A stretch of 64,000 nt of DNA, from positions 1,394-65,393 of the forward strand of contig JAITXE010000048.1 in the NCBI GenBank assembly GCA_031284925.1, in the 5' to 3' direction. Under the pieces are notes generated by a model. That model was not told the origin of the DNA. It made no database searches and saw nothing but the letters and a program-made list of their open reading frames with translations. The position numbers and the translations under genes are program-made. The DNA is from Methanobrevibacter sp. GTDB lineage: Archaea > Methanobacteriota > Methanobacteria > Methanobacteriales > Methanobacteriaceae. Shown piece after piece: positions 51,975 to 59,962 of the stretch; position 1 is the stretch's first letter, and every line of letters begins with the position of its first letter.

Positions 51975-52421
51975 ATGTGGGAAGATTTAGGAGAATATAT
52001 AGAAAAATTTTTATATAAAAATGAGAGTAATAATGAAAAATTAAATGAAAAAAAGTATAATGCTAAAGAAGAATATAAGTATAAAGTAGTTGAAATAGGT
52101 GTTGGGAATTTCTTTAAAGTTGCTGACTATCTAAAAAACACTAATAATAATATTGAAGTGGTTATGATAGACATTGATTCTAAAAGAAAAGATGTTATAA
52201 AAGATGATATTATAAATCCTAAAATACATATATATAAAGAAGCTAAAATAATATATTCTATAAGACCACCTTATGAATTACAAACTTGCATTGAAAAAAT
52301 AGCAATAAAAATAAATGCATTATTAATTATTAAACCATTGTTTAATGAAGATTTAAATATAAAAACTAAAATGAATTTAAAAAATTATAAAAAAGCTATT
52401 TTCTATCAACATCAATACTAA
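51975..52421 (+). CDS. UPF0146-family protein (archaeal, methyltransferase-like fold)
   Basis: 148 aa. Contains VVEIGVGNFFKVADYLK, VVMIDI, DDIINP and IIYSIRPPYELQ. Confidence 0.65.
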   Translation: MWEDLGEYIEKFLYKNESNNEKLNEKKYNAKEEYKYKVVEIGVGNFFKVADYLKNTNNNIEVVMIDIDSKRKDVIKDDIINPKIHIYKEAKIIYSIRPPYELQTCIEKIAIKINALLIIKPLFNEDLNIKTKMNLKNYKKAIFYQHQY

Positions 52422-52508
52422 AATATGTTATTTTTTGTATAATCTCATGGATTTTTTCTATTAAAAGATTAATTAGTTTAGATAAAAAAATATTAATAAA
52501 TAAAAAAT

Positions 52509-53462
52509 ATGCACTATGGCGATAAAATGAGTGAATTTTTAAATAATGTTCGTGAAGGAGAAAATGGGTGGAAAGGATATACAGTTACTATACTCTTAAC
52601 AATGTTTTTTAATTCATTTACAGCAATCTATTATTTATTCTTTATCATTGGTTTCTATTTTATCTTAACTAATATTGCTCATGTTCAGGATAATTTTTCA
52701 GAGGGGGTACATTATTTTCTAACAATGATTTTAAGCTTTGGTATTTCTTATCTGTTTTTAATACTTTCAGCCAATGCTTTTCATAAGCGAGATTTCATAT
52801 CATTAGTTAATGTATCTGAAAAATATAATTTTAGGGGAAATTTACTTAAATGGTATCAAAGAATTAGATGGAATAAATTTTTTAAAGGTATGGGTGTTTG
52901 GTTGGTTTATATGATTATCACCCTTTTTGTTCCATGTATTATTGATCCAAGTAAGTTTGTATTTAATCCTAATTTAAGTCAATTTATAATCTTACTTGTT
53001 TTAGTATTAATAACAATTCCTATTCAAGCAAGCTTTGAAGAAGTCTTTTTTAGAGGATATCTTAACCAAGGTTTAAGTTTAAAGATAAAAAAACCAATTA
53101 AAGTGATTATAATAAGTTCAATTATTTTTGGATTAGGTCATATTATAAATGGGGGATTTGTTCTAGAATCAATGATACTAAACACATTATCCGCTTTTTT
53201 ATTTGGAATAATTTGCAGTTTAACAACCTTACTTTATGGCGGAGTTGAATTTTCAAGTGGAGCACATATAATTAATAATATTCTTGCATTTACAATGATT
53301 GGGTATGCTGATAGTCCAGATAATTTTGGAAGTTTAATAATTCAAACAAGCCCGTTAAACTATAATTTTGAATTAATATGGGCTATAGTTCCAACAATAA
53401 TATTTTTAATACTCTTAATTAATTATAAATGGAATGAAATTAAATTAGTGTTAAAAGGATAG
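52509..53462 (+). CDS. CPBP-family intramembrane glutamic endopeptidase (CAAX protease/Abi-like)
   Basis: 317 aa and polytopic. Motifs EEVFFRGYL, FGLGH and a later AHIINN. Confidence 0.8.
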   Translation: MHYGDKMSEFLNNVREGENGWKGYTVTILLTMFFNSFTAIYYLFFIIGFYFILTNIAHVQDNFSEGVHYFLTMILSFGISYLFLILSANAFHKRDFISLVNVSEKYNFRGNLLKWYQRIRWNKFFKGMGVWLVYMIITLFVPCIIDPSKFVFNPNLSQFIILLVLVLITIPIQASFEEVFFRGYLNQGLSLKIKKPIKVIIISSIIFGLGHIINGGFVLESMILNTLSAFLFGIICSLTTLLYGGVEFSSGAHIINNILAFTMIGYADSPDNFGSLIIQTSPLNYNFELIWAIVPTIIFLILLINYKWNEIKLVLKG

Positions 53463-53522
53463 CTATCAAATCATAAAAAAATTTATTTTATTTTTAATTA
53501 ATAATTTAAATAATTTAAATTT

Positions 53523-53945
53523 ACCCCAGTCAATTTATCTTTATCAACAATACTCAATATGAAATTAATAAGGAAAACCTATAAATAAAACTATTGAAAT
53601 TTCAGGTATTAAAATAGTTATTATAACTAAAATGAACACAATAAGTGCCATTAATCTTTTCATGGATTTTTCTTTGTAATGTTTTATCACTTACAACTGT
53701 TTGCAAGTAAAACAAATGAGATATTAACGAGTAAAAAGAGAATATCGTATGAGAAAACAGGAACTATCTCATGGAGATTTTCAAGAACCCACTTAGTAAA
53801 AACAGGCATTAAAGCTAAAAAAATAAAAACAATGATTCATCCACATAATACTAGAATTTAACGTTTCTAAAGAGTTTAATAGGTTATTCCAAATGATTCC
53901 AACAATTAAAAAGGTAATGTCAAAAATTTGAGTGATAACACTTGT
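53523..53945 (-). pseudogene. Decayed paralog of the TMEM175-like channel gene at 55057-55674
   Basis: The DNA aligns with 55070-55520 at about 85% identity. This includes a 72-nt perfectly identical run (53702-53773 = 55290-55361), plus indels and frame breaks. Confidence 0.75.
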
Positions 53946-54479
53946 TATATACTACAAAAATATTTTTGGAACTGATGAAAGAATAGATAGAGCTTTGATG
54001 TTTGATAGGCTTTGGTGGGTTACGAAATAGAAAACTGAAATCTTAAATTTATAATTTTGACTTTCTCACCCAAATTTTTGACATTGCCATAATTGAAACT
54101 ATTATTATATATTGTTATTAAAAATAAAGAAAACTTAGCTTTTCTAACTTGTAATGGCCTTTTTAAGCTTAGAAATTTTATTTGTTTCCCTCCAAACAGC
54201 TTCAATTAACTTCTCTTTCTCATAACCATCTAACTTTTCAGGAGTAATAACTTTTTCTACCATTTAATCCATCATTTATAGTTTAAAACATGTATTTTAT
54301 AATATAATTAACTTTCTTAATATACAATAGATTTTTTTAATTAATATTTATTTATTAAAAGTGCATGAAAAGTAATAGTTTTAATTAAATACAAGTCCTT
54401 TAAAATGATTTTTGCATTAAATTATTAAACAAGTTGTCTATTTCTATTTTAGACTGCTTTTGATTTATTTTATTTTTTC

Positions 54480-54890
54480 TACTGCTTCTACTATTTTAGC
54501 AAATTTATTTTGAAGTTCTAGGAGGTAATGGTATTTTTAAGTTTAGAACATCAATATTATTTACAGCAGGATAACTTGCTCCTTTACATTGATTTACCAA
54601 AGATTGAATGAAGTAGTTACTACGAGCTATTAATAATAAGTATTCTGAGAGAATTTTTTATTATTTGCTCTTAAAACACAAAACCCTATTGATGCTATTT
54701 GATTATCATATTTAGAATGAACTAAACAAAATGCATTTAAATTTGCTCTAACGGTTGAAATTAAGAAATCATTCTCTTTAGTTTTTTGTTTGGTGCTGCT
54801 TGGAGCATCTTTACATAAATATTTAGAACTTAAAATTATTTTGCTAACATTAGAATCAATTGAAGAAATATCTATATAATCAAAGACTTC
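54480..54890 (-). pseudogene. Type I restriction enzyme specificity subunit (HsdS) relic: one target-recognition domain, frameshifted
   Basis: The reverse strand reads FDYIDISSIDSNVSKIILSSKYLCKDAPSSTKQKTKENDFLISTVRANLNAFCLVHSKYDNQIASIGFCVLRANNKKF..., then a shift to ...FIQSLVNQCKGASYPAVNNIDVLNLKIPLPP..., then ...LQNKFAKIVEAVEKI. Confidence 0.7.
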
Positions 54891-55056
54891 TTAGGATTTT
54901 CATTTTTAGTTTTTATTATTTAAGTTATAATATATTTTCTTTAACTAATTCTTTTAAAAGTACAAAACATAGCTTATGAAATTTAATAATTCCCATTATT
55001 TCTTATTTAAATAAAAATTTTTTTTTAAATTATCATCTAAGTATCTTCCTTTTTAA

Positions 55057-55674
55057 TTAATATAATTTAAATTTGTCCACAGCCAATTTATCTTTATCAA
55101 CAATACTTAACAATGAACTTATAATAGGAAAACCTATAAATAAAAATATTGAAATTTTAGGTACTAAAATAGTTATTATAAGTAAAAGAAAGACAACCAG
55201 TGCCATTATAATTAAACTAATGACGGATTTTTCATCTTGATGATTCTTTTCATGGATTCTGTGTAATGTTTCATCACTTACAACTGCTTTTGCAAGTAAA
55301 ACAAATGAGATATTAACGAGTAAAAAGAGAATATCGTATGAGAAAACAGGAACTATCTCATGGGGATTTTCAAGAACCCATTTAGTAAAAATAGGCATTA
55401 AAGCTAAAAAATACAAGAATAAATGATTCATCCATATAATACGAGAATTTAATGCTTCTAAAGAGTTTAATAGAAAGTTATGTTTATTCCAAAATGATCC
55501 AACAATTAAAAAACTCGTAAAAAAAATAATAATAGATTGTAAAAGATTTATAATATCCTTAAAGTTGAATGTGTTTGATAAAGGTATTTCTAGTACCATA
55601 ATAGTGATTATTATTGCAATAACCCCATCTGAAAAAAAATCAAACCTTTCTTTAGAATATGCCAGAATAATCAA
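55057..55674 (-). CDS. TMEM175/DUF1211-family membrane protein (putative K+ channel)
   Basis: 205 aa. The N-terminus KERFDFFSDGVIAIIITIMVLEI matches the RxxxFSDGVFAIxxTLLVLE signature. About 6 TM segments. Confidence 0.75.
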   Translation of the reverse strand: MIILAYSKERFDFFSDGVIAIIITIMVLEIPLSNTFNFKDIINLLQSIIIFFTSFLIVGSFWNKHNFLLNSLEALNSRIIWMNHLFLYFLALMPIFTKWVLENPHEIVPVFSYDILFLLVNISFVLLAKAVVSDETLHRIHEKNHQDEKSVISLIIMALVVFLLLIITILVPKISIFLFIGFPIISSLLSIVDKDKLAVDKFKLY

Positions 55675-55815
55675 CTCTTATTAAAAATTGTTTTTGCGGT
55701 TTTAATATTAGAAACCTTAACTTTTATCATCAAAACATTATGCAAGATTTTTTTGTGTGCTGAATTTTAATTTTTCATTATTAAATATATTAATTTAAAT
55801 AGTTTATATATTTAA

Positions 55816-56874
55816 TTATTTAAAATTAAATAAACTTGTTTGACTACTTTTCGCCTTTTCTATATTTGTAAGTTTTTCAGTTTTATTTAAATTATCCTTT
55901 TCATTAATCGCATCTTTAGAATCATTATTTAAATTATCCTTTTTATTAATTGTATCTTTAGATAAATTAGAATCAATTTTTATTGGAATTGCTCCCTTTT
56001 TTATTAATTCTTGATTTCCTTTATAATCAATATCAACACAGTATAATTTTGTGTATTTCTTATTTAAATTTGCAATAGCTCCAGCCCATGTTCCCCCTTT
56101 TTCATGGTCTGATTTAATTACAATAGCTTGCTTAGAACATATATAAATAAATTTATTTCTTTCCATTGCAGTATACTTATAGGATCTATCGGAAGGTAAA
56201 GCTGCTGAAATTAGAAGTAATTTATTATCTTGAATTGCTTTAGCCGTATTAGTCTTTTTTATTCTTTTTAACATTGAACCAGCTAAAAATTCCACTCCAA
56301 AAGAATTATTATTTAATGATTCATTTATGCAAATAGAATCTATCCCTTCAGCTCCGCCTGAAACTATTCCTGTTTTATTAAAATTTTTAACTAAATCTTT
56401 TGTTATTTTAATATCATTATCATCAACATTTCTAGATCCAAGAAAACCTATTAAACTTTTATTTAACAAGTTTATATCTCCAGTATAATAAAATAAAGGA
56501 GGTGCATTCTCTTTTAACTTTTCATGAATTTTTTTAGGGTAACCTGAATCTGAGAGAGTAACAATTTTTAAACCAATGTTGTTTAATTTTTCAACTTTAA
56601 AAAAGATACTGATTTTTCTTGATATTAATGATTTTAGTCTTTTTAAATCTATTAAAACTTTAGATTTTCTTTTTCTTTTAATGGGTAAATCTATTTTTGA
56701 TTTAAATTCTTCATCGGAAAAATCAAATAATTGATAAAGCTCAATATTTTTTTTATCTAATTCTATGAGTAAATCCCTGAATTCTGCATTGGATAATGGT
56801 TTTGATGTTTGAGATATTTCTAATTTACTGCAGAAAACTATTATGGCTTTTGAATTTTCTTTATTTATATTCAT
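55816..56874 (-). CDS. DprA/Smf-like (SLOG/Rossmann) protein; candidate PsyrA-type partner of the upstream helicase
   Basis: 352 aa. GYPKKIHEKLKENAPPLFYYTGDINLL, IGFLGSRNV, IVSGGAEGIDSICINESL (the canonical motif is SGxAxGID), ERNKFIYICS and GGTWAGAIANL. The C-terminal tail has a 14-aa tandem repeat. Confidence 0.8.
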   Translation of the reverse strand: MNINKENSKAIIVFCSKLEISQTSKPLSNAEFRDLLIELDKKNIELYQLFDFSDEEFKSKIDLPIKRKRKSKVLIDLKRLKSLISRKISIFFKVEKLNNIGLKIVTLSDSGYPKKIHEKLKENAPPLFYYTGDINLLNKSLIGFLGSRNVDDNDIKITKDLVKNFNKTGIVSGGAEGIDSICINESLNNNSFGVEFLAGSMLKRIKKTNTAKAIQDNKLLLISAALPSDRSYKYTAMERNKFIYICSKQAIVIKSDHEKGGTWAGAIANLNKKYTKLYCVDIDYKGNQELIKKGAIPIKIDSNLSKDTINKKDNLNNDSKDAINEKDNLNKTEKLTNIEKAKSSQTSLFNFK

Positions 56875-56915
56875 TATATCATTATATTCATTAATTTTAA
56901 TATAAAATATTTAAC

Positions 56916-59012
56916 TTAAGAATCATCAGCTAATGTATAAGGAATTACCTTTGAAACACCAAATTTTTCCCTAAGAATACTACCACAAACAGTTAAAGTC
57001 CATCGTGAATCCACAGTATCATCAATTAACAATAACTTTTTAGGAATTTTTTCTTTATTATTTTTATTATGGGAAAAAGAGTCTAAAGCATTTTTACATA
57101 GAAATGATGAATTTTCCATATCTTTTTGAGGTTTCACATCACTTTTTATTAAAACATCATAAAAACCAATATCTAAACCATCAGCAACCTTTTTTGCAAA
57201 TTCTTTTACAATATCACTTCGCAGTGATGGTACAGGAACAACTCCTTGAATTTTTTCTTCTTTGACAATGTCCTTTAAAATCTCAGAAGTTTTTTTAACT
57301 AATTTATCTGAAAATGCACCATATTCTGTTTTTCCAACTTTAACCAGTTCTCCAAAACCATCATCTCCATACTTTGATAAAGAAATTCCTGGTTTATTTA
57401 TAAGTCTAATCTTTGAATATTTAGTACTATCAGTTTTTGCCCACATTTTTCTTGGATTTATTTCTAAATAAAGAGTATTAAGAAATTCTTGTGCTAACTC
57501 TATATTCTCATAATCAATATCCTTAGAAACTATATCTTTTCCTAAGCAGTTAGAACATTTTCCACAATCTTCATTTGAATAATCATCCAATGCATTTAAT
57601 AAAAATTTGCTGTAGCATTTATCTGTAGATATAAACTCATTTACTTGTTTGTTTTCTTTTCTACGAATTTTAGTTATTTCATCATAATGTTTATGAGGGT
57701 AGGAATAATTTTTTGGACTTATATGGTACTTATATTTGTCTTTTATAATATAACCATCATTACAAAGAAAATCTATGGCTTTATAAACAACTTTTTTTCT
57801 TGAATTAATCTTAGCCATTATTTCACTTATTTTTAAACCTGAATCACTATTTTCAAGCGAATCTAAAATTGTTGAAAAAATTTCTTCTTTTGGAAAAGCA
57901 TTATCTATAAAATGATTTAATATTTCATCATCTTCCTTATCTCCTACTAAAAGTACTATACTCGCATGATTAATGTTTCTTCCAGCTCTACCAATTTGTT
58001 GATAATATGATACTAAATTTTGGGGTTTTTGAAAATGAATAACAAAACTTATATCTCCTTTATCATAACCCATACCTAATTTAATAGTAGCAACAATGAC
58101 TTTAATTTCATTATTCATGAATTCTTTTTCAGTTAAAGCTGTGTCACCTTTTCCAGAATAGTATGGTCTGGCTGAAATACCATTTTCTACTAAAAACATG
58201 GCTAAGTTTTCACAGTCTCTTTTAGTTAAACAATATATTATTCCAGTACCAGGGAACTTATTAATGTTTTCAAGAATCCAAATATATTTGGAGGCTTTAC
58301 CATTTAAATGCACAATATCTATGGCTAATGATTCTCTAAAAAGAGATCCTCTAAAGTTAACAATCTCATTTCCAAATTGTGATTCTAAATCCTTAACTAC
58401 TCGATCACTGGCTGTTGCTGTGGTACATAATACTGGTACATTATTGGGTAATTGATTAATGATTTTATGAAGTTTACCATATTTCAATCTAAAATCATGA
58501 CCCCAATCAGACATACAATGTGCTTCATCAACAACAATAAAACCAACATCTTTAAGGTTGGCTTGAAATTGTTCTGTAAATAATGATTCAGGTGTTATGA
58601 ATAGTAAATCTACTTCATCCCTCATTACAGAGTCCATTATCCTCTTTTTATTCCGTCCTGAAACTGATGAATTAAAAACTTTAGCATTTAATCCAATATT
58701 TTTAGCTTGTTCTAATTGATTATCCATTAAAACTAAGAGAGGACTCATAACCAAAGTAAATCCTCTATTTAATTCTCTAATAATCTTACATGCAACAAAA
58801 TATAAAAAACTTTTGCCCCAACCAGTTCTTTGAACAACTAATGTTCTTTGATTTGTTAAAATAGCATTAATTGCTTCTAATTGACCTTCTCTAAACTTAG
58901 TTGGTTTTCCACAAATCTTGTTTAACAGTTCTTGAGCATAAGATTCAATATCCTCTTTAGAAAAAGAACCTATTTTTTCATCTGTGTTGATAATCTCTGT
59001 TTTCTTAGACAT
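56916..59012 (-). CDS. RecQ-family SF2 helicase fused to a C-terminal ComFC-like (type I PRTase-fold) domain; candidate PsyrT/RqlH-type protein
   Basis: 698 aa. FREGQLEAINAIL, Walker A RTGWGKSFLY, VVDEAHCMSDWGHDFRLKY, QQIGRAGR and the Zn motif CGKCSNC. The C-terminus VPVPSLRSDIVKEFAKKVA...KKLLLIDDTVDSRWTLTVCG looks like a PRPP-loop-like element, degenerate relative to VDDVxTTGxT. Confidence 0.85.
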   Translation of the reverse strand: MSKKTEIINTDEKIGSFSKEDIESYAQELLNKICGKPTKFREGQLEAINAILTNQRTLVVQRTGWGKSFLYFVACKIIRELNRGFTLVMSPLLVLMDNQLEQAKNIGLNAKVFNSSVSGRNKKRIMDSVMRDEVDLLFITPESLFTEQFQANLKDVGFIVVDEAHCMSDWGHDFRLKYGKLHKIINQLPNNVPVLCTTATASDRVVKDLESQFGNEIVNFRGSLFRESLAIDIVHLNGKASKYIWILENINKFPGTGIIYCLTKRDCENLAMFLVENGISARPYYSGKGDTALTEKEFMNNEIKVIVATIKLGMGYDKGDISFVIHFQKPQNLVSYYQQIGRAGRNINHASIVLLVGDKEDDEILNHFIDNAFPKEEIFSTILDSLENSDSGLKISEIMAKINSRKKVVYKAIDFLCNDGYIIKDKYKYHISPKNYSYPHKHYDEITKIRRKENKQVNEFISTDKCYSKFLLNALDDYSNEDCGKCSNCLGKDIVSKDIDYENIELAQEFLNTLYLEINPRKMWAKTDSTKYSKIRLINKPGISLSKYGDDGFGELVKVGKTEYGAFSDKLVKKTSEILKDIVKEEKIQGVVPVPSLRSDIVKEFAKKVADGLDIGFYDVLIKSDVKPQKDMENSSFLCKNALDSFSHNKNNKEKIPKKLLLIDDTVDSRWTLTVCGSILREKFGVSKVIPYTLADDS

Positions 59013-59126
59013 AGTTTCATAATTAATTTTAGTTTTACTAATAAATTTTAATATATAAAAATCATGATTATTTATATATTATTACTAATATTTGTAGTTA
59101 TTTCATTTTATTATATTATACTATAT

Positions 59127-59211
59127 TAAAACCTATTTTTTTGCAATTTATAAATATTTTAAATTTTACTAAAATTAATAAATAAGAAAATAAGATACAT
59201 TTATAAAAATT
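59127..59211 (-). repeat. Copy 2 of the inverted-repeat pair (both blocks contiguous)
   Basis: 59127-59180 is the exact reverse complement of 27694-27747. 59184-59211 is the reverse complement of 27572-27599. It begins 115 nt upstream of the RecQ-like start at 59012, in the same relative orientation as copy 1 to its gene. Confidence 0.85.
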
Positions 59212-59221
59212 AGTTTTAAAT

Positions 59222-59600
59222 TATAATTGGACTCAAAATATTAGAGATGAAATTAGGCAACTTAAAACTAATCATGGAAATCATGTATTAATTTATCAAT
59301 CAAATAAAACCGATTTAAGATTAATAAATGTTTTAAAAAGGATTAATGAAAACTTTATAATTTATGGATTTGATAAAGAAAGGATAGATGACAATTTAAC
59401 TTTTAGAAAATTTAATGAAACTAAATTATATAATGATTTGAAAGATTCTAAAGCAGTTATAACCAATGAGGGATTTTCATTAATAAGTGAAGCAATCTAT
59501 CTTAAAAAACCCACATATAATATTCCAATTAACGGGTAATTTGAACAATTATTAAATGGATTCTATGTTGAGAAATTAGGTCATGGAATGTAAATCAGGA
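59222..59600 (+). pseudogene. Glycosyltransferase (MJ1255/UDP-glycosyltransferase-like) C-terminal relic
   Basis: ...HVLIYQSNKTDLRLINVLKRINENFIIYGFDKERIDDNLTFRKFNETKLYNDLKDSKAVITNEGFSLISEAIYLKKPTYNIPING[TAA]FEQLLNGFYVEKLGHGM. The N-terminal half is absent, and there is an in-frame TAA where Gln (CAA) is expected. Confidence 0.6.
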
Positions 59601-59962
59601 AATAAGTATTAAAAGCTTAAATAAATTCTTATCTAAACTTCCCAATTTATCAAAAAAATGAAAAACGTGAAAAATACTGATAACTCTAAGTATAATAAAT
59701 AAAATTGAAGAATCTATTGAAAAATATGCTAAAAATTAAATAAATTAAAAAACCATAATAAGTTAAAGAGATATCTACTTATAAAATTAAACATTTCAAT
59801 CATTTTTGTAAATGATTTAGTTTAATATTGAACTATTTTCATCCCTGTTTTAGGTAGAAAAATAAGTACTGCAATTTTTAAAAAAAATTATTCTTCCAAT
59901 ATATTAATTTTGGATTGCTCTATCTATTTATTATTTATATATAATTATAAAAACTATTAACA

